In this document: positions 28,924 through 37,836 of the stretch, piece by piece | How positions within the stretch are numbered: position 1 is the stretch's first letter | How the letters are laid out: every line of letters begins with the position of its first letter | Origin: an uncultured Bacilli bacterium | GTDB taxonomy: Bacteria > Bacillota_I > Bacilli_A > RF39 > UBA660 | Length of the DNA stretch: 40,698 nucleotides | Direction of reading: 5' to 3' | NCBI GenBank assembly: GCA_904420615.1 | Contig: CAJFVY010000035.1 | Span: 1-40,698 of the forward strand | Translations under genes and position numbers: made by a program | The notes under the pieces: model-generated | The model's database searches: none | Told to the model about the DNA's origin: nothing | What the model saw: the letters and a program-made list of their open reading frames with translations, nothing else

Positions 28924-31167
28924 TTAATCATTTATTCCTTTAATTGTACGTTCTTGCACTTCTTTTCTTACAACTTTTTTAGAACCATCTTTTCCTAATT
29001 GTCTTTTAGTAAATAGATACCAAAGGAATCCAGCAATAAAGATAGAAGAATAAGTTCCTGCTATTAAGCCAATTAATAAAGCTACATCAAATCCTAAAAT
29101 TTCATGGCTTCCTAAAATCATTAGAGTAACAACTGGAATAATGGTAGTAATAGATGTATAAATAGATCTTACAATCGTTTGATGAATACTTAAATTAATA
29201 AGATCTTTTAATTCATTGTCTTTCATTTTTTCTAGTTGTTTATTCTTTCTATTCTCACGAATTCGGTCAAAGACTACAATTGTATTATTGATAGAATATC
29301 CAATAATAGCTAATACTGCTGCAATAAACATAGAGTCTATTTCAATTTGTAAGATAGCCATCATGGCAATCATGATAAAAGCATCATGTACCAAGCAAAG
29401 AACAGAACTAATAGCAAATCCAAAGGCAAAGCGAATACTAACATAAAGAATAATACCAACAAAGGAAATTAGGATAGCTAAAACTGCATTCTTAATTAAG
29501 TCTTGTTTTACAACATTTGATATTACTTGTATATCTACATCAGCTTCATATTTATCTGCAAAATAATTTTGAACAGTATCAATACTATCTTCTTGTAAGA
29601 TATCTTCTATGCGAATTGATAAGCCATTATTCGTTGTTTTAGTCTCTACTTCAGTTAATGAAAGTTCTTCCAAGTCACTTTCTATTTCTTCATTTGTAAT
29701 ATTAGCTTCCGTGTTTAAAGTAATTTCACTACCACCCTGATAGTCAATTCCTAAATGAAATCCTTTAGTACTAAAGAAAATCACACCAACAATTACAATA
29801 ATAAGAGAAAGACCAATAAAGTATTTACTATATTTTAAATAATTATGTGGTTTTACCTTTTGTACTTCCTCTAATGTTGTTTTCTTCTCATTAATAAATA
29901 ATTTCGTTTTATTATTAAAGTAACCAGTCTTAATAAATAGTTTTAATAATCCTCTAGTAATAGCAACCATAGTTAACATAGTAACAATAATATTAATGAT
30001 TAACATCGTCGCAAATCCTTTTACACTACTCTCACCAAAGATGAACATAATGATAGCTACTAAAAGAGTAGTTAAATTGGAATCTAATATTGTATTAAAA
30101 CTTAATTTACTACCAGTCTTAAAGGCACTTTCAAGACTTCTTCCTTTACGCAATTCTTCTTTTATTCTAGCAAACATCAAGACATTGGAGTCTACCGCCA
30201 TACCAATACCTACAATTAAGGCTGCTATTCCAGGTAAAGTTAATACTCCACCAATTAACCAGAATAAAGCAAAAACTAAGATAGTGTATAGTAAAATTGC
30301 AATTGCTGAGATAAATCCTGCAAAATGATATATAGCAATCAACATGGCAACAATTAAAACTACTCCTACGATTCCTGCTACTAACATAGTATTTAAGGTA
30401 TTATCGCCAAAAGAAGCTCCAACTGTTTGGCTAGAAATTTCTGTTAATTTTGTAGGTAAACTACCTGAATTAATCAAATCAACTAAATCTTGAGCTTCAT
30501 CTGTTGTAAAATTTCCCTGAATAATAACATCACTAGCAAAACCTTGAGAAACAGTCGCAGCACTTAAACAATGACTATCTTCACTAGTACCACAAGTTAA
30601 CTGACTATTCGCATAACTATCTGTTGTCTCATCATAATCAAGCCAAATAACAATAATATTGTTTTCATAATCCTTTACTCTATTTGTAACTTCATAAAAA
30701 GTATCCTTATCTTTAACACTAAGCGAAATAGCAGGACGTCCTTCAGAATCAGTAGTTACTCTTGCTCCCCCACTATTTAATACATCACCAGTCATTAATA
30801 AGTTATCATCTGCATCACGAAATGATAAACTAGCAACCGTTGATAATACTTCTCTTGCCTCTTCTTGATTCGTAACACCAGCTAATTGTACACGAATCTT
30901 ATCAGGAGATTCTAAGGTAATTTCTGGTTCTAAAACTCCAAGAGAATCAATTCTTCTTTGCATACTCTTATAAGTAGCCGTCAACTGCTCATCTGTCATT
31001 TCACTACCATCTAATGGCTCTACTTGATACAAAATCTCAAAACCACCTTGCAAATCAAGTCCAAATTTTAAAGCATTAAACATTGGTCTAAATAATAAAC
31101 ATATTAAAACACCTAATAATATTAACGTAATACTTAATGTAATTACTTTTCCTCTTTCTTTTTTCAT
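28924..31167 (-). CDS. secDF: Fused protein translocase subunit SecDF
   Basis: FGLDLQGG, GMAVDSNV..FARIKEE, LGIDYQGG, GYSINNTIVVFDRIRE. Confidence 0.96.
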   Translation of the reverse strand: MKKERGKVITLSITLILLGVLICLLFRPMFNALKFGLDLQGGFEILYQVEPLDGSEMTDEQLTATYKSMQRRIDSLGVLEPEITLESPDKIRVQLAGVTNQEEAREVLSTVASLSFRDADDNLLMTGDVLNSGGARVTTDSEGRPAISLSVKDKDTFYEVTNRVKDYENNIIVIWLDYDETTDSYANSQLTCGTSEDSHCLSAATVSQGFASDVIIQGNFTTDEAQDLVDLINSGSLPTKLTEISSQTVGASFGDNTLNTMLVAGIVGVVLIVAMLIAIYHFAGFISAIAILLYTILVFALFWLIGGVLTLPGIAALIVGIGMAVDSNVLMFARIKEELRKGRSLESAFKTGSKLSFNTILDSNLTTLLVAIIMFIFGESSVKGFATMLIINIIVTMLTMVAITRGLLKLFIKTGYFNNKTKLFINEKKTTLEEVQKVKPHNYLKYSKYFIGLSLIIVIVGVIFFSTKGFHLGIDYQGGSEITLNTEANITNEEIESDLEELSLTEVETKTTNNGLSIRIEDILQEDSIDTVQNYFADKYEADVDIQVISNVVKQDLIKNAVLAILISFVGIILYVSIRFAFGFAISSVLCLVHDAFIMIAMMAILQIEIDSMFIAAVLAIIGYSINNTIVVFDRIRENRKNKQLEKMKDNELKDLINLSIHQTIVRSIYTSITTIIPVVTLMILGSHEILGFDVALLIGLIAGTYSSIFIAGFLWYLFTKRQLGKDGSKKVVRKEVQERTIKGIND

Positions 31168-31177
31168 GTCTTCACCT

Positions 31178-31474
31178 CTATATAATTTCTAAATTTGTGG
31201 TATCTTTTACTATAATAGTTTCTTTACTATTTTTAATAAATTCATTTAATGACTTTAAATCGGCATTTAAAATATCATGAACAATGTCAAAAAGGACTAA
31301 GTTATGTGCCTTTGTCCATTTGGTCTTTATTAAATAATTCCAAATATCTACTGTTCTAATATAAGTAATACCAAGACGTTTGAATTCATTACATTTGGCT
31401 TCTAAAGCAGGTTTTACTCTTTTATATAATTCTTCCTTGCTTTTGAATTCGAAGTCCATATTACCACCATCCAA
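31178..31474 (-). CDS. comN: ComN-like post-transcriptional regulator (true start probably 31459)
   Basis: VKPALEAKCNEF..LG...I...DIWNYL...W...L..IVHDIL; upstream of secDF as in Bacillus. Confidence 0.75.
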   Translation of the reverse strand: MDGGNMDFEFKSKEELYKRVKPALEAKCNEFKRLGITYIRTVDIWNYLIKTKWTKAHNLVLFDIVHDILNADLKSLNEFIKNSKETIIVKDTTNLEII

Positions 31475-31520
31475 ACAATTTAATTATATTGTATTTTTTA
31501 TAATTTGGAAAGTATAATTC

Positions 31521-32243
31521 TCATTTTTTCTTATGATTTAACTGATTTTTCATTAACTTATCTAAATATTGTTTTAATCTTGCTAAGATATTATCATCTG
31601 ATGTTTTTCTTAAACGAGGAAAAGCATTTAACATATGACGAATTAAAAGAGAATGATTTAATAACTCTTTTTTTATCATAGCTCGAATTTCAGCTGTCGC
31701 ATCTTTCTTTTTAAATTCTTGACTTGCAATCTTAACTTTTACTAGTGTTATAATCGTAATAATCACATCTGTAACAAAAGCAATAAGCAAAACTAAACTA
31801 ATCGTAATTAAAAGCCATTCTGGCATAGAAAGATATATATGCACTAAAAAGGGTGATATCACATAAAGACAAAAAAATCCTCCAATTCCAAAGAGGAAAG
31901 AATTCTCAAGGCAAACTCTACCACAGATATTAAACTTTTTATCACTGTAATCCCACCAACGAGATCCAAATATCTTTTCTAATATCAAACTTGTAAAGTA
32001 TTCCATTACAGTAGAAATAAATGCTCCCATGACAAAAACAACAAAGGGATCTTCCCTATATCTTACAAGCAATAACGTAATGATGATACAACTAAATCCA
32101 TAAATAGGCAAATAAGGCCCTAAACAAAATCCCCTATTTAAAACTAATTTATGTTCATTTAAAGAACAACTAATTACTTCTACAAGATATCCTAAAAAAG
32201 AATAAGATAAAAAAATCAAAAACCAAAGACAAAATAAATACAA
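31521..32243 (-). CDS. Putative ABC-transporter type IV permease (CmpB/DUF1113-like)
   Basis: YSFLGY..E, NRGF..GPYLPIYG, EY.T, RWWDYS, N..GRVCL. Confidence 0.85.
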   Translation of the reverse strand: MYLFCLWFLIFLSYSFLGYLVEVISCSLNEHKLVLNRGFCLGPYLPIYGFSCIIITLLLVRYREDPFVVFVMGAFISTVMEYFTSLILEKIFGSRWWDYSDKKFNICGRVCLENSFLFGIGGFFCLYVISPFLVHIYLSMPEWLLITISLVLLIAFVTDVIITIITLVKVKIASQEFKKKDATAEIRAMIKKELLNHSLLIRHMLNAFPRLRKTSDDNILARLKQYLDKLMKNQLNHKKK

Positions 32244-32256
32244 CCTACTTCACTCC

Positions 32257-33018
32257 TTAGTGTACATGAATAAATAAAGTAATGACTAATAATAAAATTC
32301 CCGTAATAAAACCAGCTACAGTAACTTTTTTATTAGATGTTTTTATAATTCTTGGATATAATTCCATCACTACTATATAGCATAACATACCTAAAGTAAG
32401 TGCTAATAAAGATCCCATTACAATATCGTTCACATCACTAATATTAAAACAATATGGTATTAAACCGCCAATAAAACTAGATATAATAAAAAGAATTAAA
32501 TAAAATATATAAGAACGATGTTTTGTATGACTTTGATAAAAGGTACTACTAATAACCATTCCTAAAGGAATATTATGAAGACCTACTCCAAGACTCATCA
32601 TAATACCGAGTGAAATATCGCTACTAGCGGCAATAAAAATAGCCATCCCTTCAATAATATTATGAAGTACTAAAGCAAAAGTTGTTAAAGTACCAATATG
32701 AGCAATATTATCCTCCATTTCTGTTTTCGTCATTTTATTATGTTGATGTTTTGGAACAAAAGAATCCAATATTTTAAATAGTAAGAAACCCACCATAGAG
32801 AAAATAAGAAATAAAAAGATATATTTCATAGTCAAGTGCTCTATCGTTTCTGGTAATAAATCTGTTAAAATCAGCATGACAATAATACCAAAAGCCATAG
32901 CTAGAATAAAATCCATTACTTTAGATTTCTTATTAAGGAAAAAGGCTAAAATTACTCCAATTAAGATGAAAATTCCTAAAAGAAAAGTTAATAGTAAAGC
33001 AATATTACGTCCATTCAC
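32257..33018 (-). CDS. ZIP-family metal transporter
   Basis: LHNIIEGMA, GLHNIPLGM, multiple TM segments. Confidence 0.9.
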   Translation of the reverse strand: MNGRNIALLLTFLLGIFILIGVILAFFLNKKSKVMDFILAMAFGIIVMLILTDLLPETIEHLTMKYIFLFLIFSMVGFLLFKILDSFVPKHQHNKMTKTEMEDNIAHIGTLTTFALVLHNIIEGMAIFIAASSDISLGIMMSLGVGLHNIPLGMVISSTFYQSHTKHRSYIFYLILFIISSFIGGLIPYCFNISDVNDIVMGSLLALTLGMLCYIVVMELYPRIIKTSNKKVTVAGFITGILLLVITLFIHVH

Positions 33019-33030
33019 AGTGTATCACTC

Positions 33031-33843
33031 CTAAAACAAAACGGTTATTAAAACAACAATTGCTAAAATAATACGATAAATCATAAAGATTTTGAAATCA
33101 TGTTTACGCAAATATTTTAACAAAAACTTAATACATAATAAGCCAATAATAAAAGATACTAAAATACCTAAAATGAAAATTAATGGTTCACTAGCAATAA
33201 TAGAAATAGTAGATGATTTAAATAGTTGTATAACACATGCTCCTAAAACAACTGGTGCTGATAAGTAAAACGAAAATTTAGCAGCATCAGCACGATTTAC
33301 TTTAGCAACTCTTGCAGCAGTTATAGTAGTACCACTGCGACTAAAGCCTGGAATAAGAGCAAAAACTTGGGCACAACCAATTAAAAAAGCCTCTTTAAAA
33401 TTAATTTCTTTTACTGTTTTTTCTTCTTTACTCTTCTTATCGACTACATAAATAACAATACCCATAAAAATAAGGGCAAAGGCAATTAAAACATAATTAG
33501 TCCTAATCATATCTTCAATGACATCTTCAAATAGTACCCCAACAATTGCTGCTGGAATAGTTGCTACCACTAATTGCCAGAAAAGGCGTCCGTCTTTTTC
33601 TTTTGTGCCTTTTGTTAAGCCACTTGTAATCATTTTCCAAAAATCACTAAAAAAGAATACTAAAATAGCTAGTAGTGTTCCTAAATGTAGAGCTATATCA
33701 AAACATAAAGCTGTACTAGCAGTCATAGAACCAATTCCAAACACATCACGGAAAATAATCAAGTGTGCGCTTGATGAAATAGGTAAAAACTCCGCAATTC
33801 CCTGTATAAAGGCTAAAATAACAGTAGATATTATATCATTCAC
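33031..33843 (-). CDS. uppP: Undecaprenyl-diphosphate phosphatase
   Basis: QGIAEFLPISSSAHL, PGFSRSGTTI. Confidence 0.96.
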   Translation of the reverse strand: MNDIISTVILAFIQGIAEFLPISSSAHLIIFRDVFGIGSMTASTALCFDIALHLGTLLAILVFFFSDFWKMITSGLTKGTKEKDGRLFWQLVVATIPAAIVGVLFEDVIEDMIRTNYVLIAFALIFMGIVIYVVDKKSKEEKTVKEINFKEAFLIGCAQVFALIPGFSRSGTTITAARVAKVNRADAAKFSFYLSAPVVLGACVIQLFKSSTISIIASEPLIFILGILVSFIIGLLCIKFLLKYLRKHDFKIFMIYRIILAIVVLITVLF

Positions 33844-33941
33844 AATTTATCACTCCCACTTAATATGATTATAACAAAAAAATAAGTCTATGAAAACTTA
33901 TTTTTGAAATCATTTAACACATTTTATTATTAATTACAAAT

Positions 33942-33979
33942 AAAAAACTCCACTTAACTTCTGAAAGGGAGTTACTTTT
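33942..33979 (-). terminator. Probable terminator of the tRNA-Ile2/Leu transcript
   Basis: Minus strand AACTCCCC...GTGGAGTT followed by a T-run. Confidence 0.5.
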
Positions 33980-34013
33980 AAACGAGCAATACAGTGTTCG
34001 TATTAATCTTTTA

Positions 34014-34097
34014 TGGTGCGGGTAACAGGAGTTGAACCTGCACGTCATAGACACTAGATCCTAAGTCTAGCGCGTCTGCCAATTCCGCCATACCCGC
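34014..34097 (-). tRNA. tRNA-Leu (TAG)
   Basis: GCGGGTATGGCGGAATTGGCAGACGCG-CTAGA CTTAGGA TCTAG-long variable arm-...CCCGCACCA. Confidence 0.96.
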
Positions 34098-34103
34098 ATA
34101 TGT

Positions 34104-34180
34104 TGGTGGACCCTGATGGACTCGAACCATCGACCGTCCGGTTATGAGCCGGATGCTCTAACCAACTGAGCTAAGGGTCC
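34104..34180 (-). tRNA. tRNA-Ile2 (CAT anticodon, lysidine-modified)
   Basis: GGACCCTTAGCTCAGTTGGTTAGAGCA-TCCGG CTCATAA CCGGA; body resembles Firmicute Ile2 rather than elongator or initiator Met. Confidence 0.88.
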
Positions 34181-34239
34181 ATTGCTTCTTAATAATATCA
34201 TAAAAAAAAAGAGCTGACAACCCTTTTTTCAAAAAACAT

Positions 34240-34659
34240 TTATTTGTTTAACATATTTAATAAATTAATCTTAAACATATCTTTTTCTGGATGTGATTTA
34301 GAAATCATGACACCTTTATAAGCTGATAATTCTGCACGATGTCCTTCATCTAAAATACCCTCTGGTGTAATATTAGTAAGTAATATTATATTCTTATCTA
34401 AATACACAGTATAATGAACACGTATTTCACCATGTACTTTAGCAAATAACTCATCAGTTGGTAATTTTAATTCATAATTTACTGTTTTTGCTTTTAAATC
34501 TTCACTTACTTTCTCACCTAAAAAATGACCTTTTCTAAGTTCTGGATAATATTCGAATGTTAACTTTTTATAAGCTAACATATTATACTTTCTAACAGAA
34601 CGTTCTTTCTTTCTGAAATCATTTTCATCTAAATATTCAAATACATATGAATGATCCAT
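34240..34659 (-). CDS. Hypothetical protein (139 aa)
   Basis: AGGGGG RBS; possible distant RelE/ParE-like beta sheet. Confidence 0.75.
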   Translation of the reverse strand: MDHSYVFEYLDENDFRKKERSVRKYNMLAYKKLTFEYYPELRKGHFLGEKVSEDLKAKTVNYELKLPTDELFAKVHGEIRVHYTVYLDKNIILLTNITPEGILDEGHRAELSAYKGVMISKSHPEKDMFKINLLNMLNK

Positions 34660-34725
34660 AATCTTTCCCCCCTAAACTCTTTTACCCTGAAGTTGGCTTT
34701 ATTATACAACAAAATTAACAAAATG

Positions 34726-37700
34726 TCAAATATTTTCTATTTTTGTAAGGGTTTCTTGCATAATAGAGTATAAATAGCAGGTAACTGGTAAGTGTAATTT
34801 ATCTGTAATAATCGTTTTATAACCTCTTAATTGATCTAAATAAGCAGAATCTTTTACATTACTAAGCTTATAATCAATAATAATAGCATCTTTCTTACTT
34901 ACCAGTAATAAATCTATGATTCCATGTCTTATTTTAGAACCATCCCGAGTCATAAATTCATATTCTTGATATACTTTATAATCTTTTATATTACTAAAAA
35001 GATCATTATGTAAAAAAGCAGATATTTTATTCTTTAATTTTTCATCATGAATAATTGGCATTTTTTTATTTTTAATGTCACATCGCTCTAAAATTTCATG
35101 AACTTTAGTTCCATATTCCAATAACTCTAATTCTTCTTGTGTTTTACTCTTTAAACTTGTTTTAGAAAATGTTTCGCTATTAAGATCTTCACTACTATAT
35201 TGTGATGGTATTAGTACTTCTTCTTTTTCTTTGAAAGAAGTAATTTGACTATCTTTTTTTACTTCTAAATATGATTTTGTTATATGATCTATTTTATTAA
35301 TTTCTTTTATATTATTTTGAAATAGAATACTAACACTTTTCATAATCTTATAAAAAGAATTATAACTATAGCGTATACTATTATCTACTAACTCCCCTAC
35401 TTCTTCATAACTTTCAAATTGAGGAAGTACCAAAATCATTTTTTCTCTAGCTCTAGTTAAGGCTACATAAAGAAGTCTTATTCTTTCACTAATATCTTCT
35501 TGAGTCATTTTTTCTACTAATAAAGTACGAGTGATAATGTCACTTTCTTCATCAGGATCACTAATTACTATTCCAAAATCAGCATCGAATAATACTCGCT
35601 TTTTAGTATCATCATTATTAAATTTCTTAGTAAACCCCGCAAAATAGCATAATGGATATTCTAATCCCTTAGAAGTATGTATTGTCATAATCTTGACGCT
35701 AGATCCTTCTTTATAACGAATAGGAAGTCTAATTTCTAGGCCACTCGCTGTTAAATCTTTAAAATAGTTTGCTATTTCTTCAATAGTAAAGTTACTCTTT
35801 TCAAGGGAATGAATCAACTGGTAAAAATATTCTAGTCTAGCAGAATAATTATCTATCTGTCCCACAAGTGTTAATTTCTGTTCATAGTTTAGTTTTGTAA
35901 TCATAGTTAAGAAATATTGACTAGGTGTCATAGTATCATAATCTACTATTACACTGGCAAAGTCTTGATAAAGATTACTTTTTTTTATATCACCATTTAA
36001 TTCATTATAAATTTCTTCATCTGTTTTTTGATATAGAAAACTACGCGCTAAAGAAGTATAAGCTGTTTTAAACTCTGAATCTATAAGGTTATTTCTCATC
36101 TTAAAGGCCATAATAAAGATATTTTTAATCAAAAACAAGTCCATTTTCCCATTTGATGATTCATCTTTCCAAATAATAAGAGGAATACCTAAATATTCAA
36201 AAATCTGTTTATATCTAACAAAATCGGTAGATCTATCTAATAAAATAACGATATCACTATATTCTAGTTTTCTTAATTTATTTTCATCTTTATCAAAGAC
36301 AAAATAATTACTATTCATTTTTTCTTTAATGTCATTCGCAATAATAAAGGCTTCTTTCTCAACAGTGGTATATTCTTTATCTTGATCATCATAACTTAAT
36401 ATCTCTAGCTTACAAGGAGTTTCTACTTTAGCTTCATTCTCATAAACTTGATTACCAAATACCATCGCATGCCCATCAGTATAAGTTGCTCCTCCTAACG
36501 GACTATCCATAACATGACTAAAAATAGTATTAATGTCAGCTAATACTTCTTTCCTACTACGAAAGTTCTTAACAAGATCAATTACCATTCCATCATCATG
36601 TTGTTTATAACGATCATATTTATCCTTAAAAATCAAAGGATTAGCATTACGAAAACGATAAATAGATTGTTTTATATCTCCTACCATATAAACATTATGT
36701 TTAGCTATATAACTGATAAAACACTCTTGAATATCATTCGTATCTTGATATTCATCAATTAAAATTTCTTGAAATGAATCTCTTAACTCATTTCTTACTT
36801 CTTCAAAATCTCGTACTAACTCTATTGCCATCTTTTCAATATCTAAAAAAGTATAATACTGCTTTTCTTCTTTATATGCCTTTATTTTTTGATTTAATCT
36901 TGTAATACACTCTATAATAAATTCTGCTAACTCCTTGGTTGAAAATAACTTCTCATAAATCTCTTTTTCATCTTGATAAGAAAAATAACTATGAATTTCT
37001 TTTAACATCTTAGCTAATTTTGTCTTACTAGTCTTTAACTCTTCACTACTATTCTTTGGTAAATTAGGTAAAGCACTAGGTAATTTTTCTTTTCTTTTTT
37101 GATATTCTTGTTCACTAAAGAAAGGATCTAACAAAACATGTAGCTTTTCCTGAAACTTTCCTTCACTATAAGATAATACAATTTGATATTCTTCTTCTAA
37201 AGCATTTATTTTTTGATCTAATACTTGATTATATAATGTTATATAATGATTTAAATTAGAAGGAGAATAATACCAATCCATATACTTTTCTATATATTCA
37301 TCACGATTTAATAATAAATCCATCTTATCATCTAATTCTAAAATAATATTTTTTAAAGACTTATCATCTTTTAAACATAATAAATGGATCATCTTTTCAA
37401 AATTAGGAGTAGGATTTTGATAATATTCTAAAAAAAGTTCATCAATTAATTTTTGCTTTGCAAGTTGTAAAACAGAATTTTCAGCAATCGTAATATTAGA
37501 AGATACATGCAAAAAGTCAGCATATTTCCGTACTACTGATAGAGAAAAAGAATCAAAAGTAGTAATATAGCTATTATCCATCAATAATAATTCTTCTTGG
37601 AAATTTTCCTTCATTAATTTCTGTCTAATTCTCGCTTGCATTTCCATAGCTGCTTTATTAGTAAAGGTTAAGATTAATAACTGATTAATATGAATTCCCT

Positions 37701-37836
37701 GTTTTACTTTTCGTAATACTCTTTCTGTCAATACAGCTGTTTTACCACTACCAGCTCCAGCACTAACTAATACATTAAAGCCTTCTACATCAATAGCTTG
37801 TTGCTGTTCAGGAGTAAATTTAGGCATCTTCTTCAC
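34726..37836 (-). CDS. addA: AddA/RecB-like helicase-nuclease (true start probably 37827)
   Basis: SAGAGSGKT, DEYQDTN, VGDIKQSIYRFR, NFRS, MTIHTSKGLEY, YVALTRA, C-terminal GIIDLL...IIDYK nuclease. Confidence 0.92.
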   Translation of the reverse strand: MKKMPKFTPEQQQAIDVEGFNVLVSAGAGSGKTAVLTERVLRKVKQGIHINQLLILTFTNKAAMEMQARIRQKLMKENFQEELLLMDNSYITTFDSFSLSVVRKYADFLHVSSNITIAENSVLQLAKQKLIDELFLEYYQNPTPNFEKMIHLLCLKDDKSLKNIILELDDKMDLLLNRDEYIEKYMDWYYSPSNLNHYITLYNQVLDQKINALEEEYQIVLSYSEGKFQEKLHVLLDPFFSEQEYQKRKEKLPSALPNLPKNSSEELKTSKTKLAKMLKEIHSYFSYQDEKEIYEKLFSTKELAEFIIECITRLNQKIKAYKEEKQYYTFLDIEKMAIELVRDFEEVRNELRDSFQEILIDEYQDTNDIQECFISYIAKHNVYMVGDIKQSIYRFRNANPLIFKDKYDRYKQHDDGMVIDLVKNFRSRKEVLADINTIFSHVMDSPLGGATYTDGHAMVFGNQVYENEAKVETPCKLEILSYDDQDKEYTTVEKEAFIIANDIKEKMNSNYFVFDKDENKLRKLEYSDIVILLDRSTDFVRYKQIFEYLGIPLIIWKDESSNGKMDLFLIKNIFIMAFKMRNNLIDSEFKTAYTSLARSFLYQKTDEEIYNELNGDIKKSNLYQDFASVIVDYDTMTPSQYFLTMITKLNYEQKLTLVGQIDNYSARLEYFYQLIHSLEKSNFTIEEIANYFKDLTASGLEIRLPIRYKEGSSVKIMTIHTSKGLEYPLCYFAGFTKKFNNDDTKKRVLFDADFGIVISDPDEESDIITRTLLVEKMTQEDISERIRLLYVALTRAREKMILVLPQFESYEEVGELVDNSIRYSYNSFYKIMKSVSILFQNNIKEINKIDHITKSYLEVKKDSQITSFKEKEEVLIPSQYSSEDLNSETFSKTSLKSKTQEELELLEYGTKVHEILERCDIKNKKMPIIHDEKLKNKISAFLHNDLFSNIKDYKVYQEYEFMTRDGSKIRHGIIDLLLVSKKDAIIIDYKLSNVKDSAYLDQLRGYKTIITDKLHLPVTCYLYSIMQETLTKIENI

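Noticed and set aside
687-33868. Plus-strand ORFs 687..869, 2788..3030, 18989..19228, 21966..22199, 24975..25178, 26488..26841, 29216..29446, 29996..30328, 33518..33868
   Set aside because: Antisense shadows of well-supported minus-strand genes; no recognisable motifs.
34104-34180. tRNA-Met call for the CAT tRNA
   Set aside because: Acceptor stem and CTCATAA loop match Firmicute tRNA-Ile2; no initiator features.
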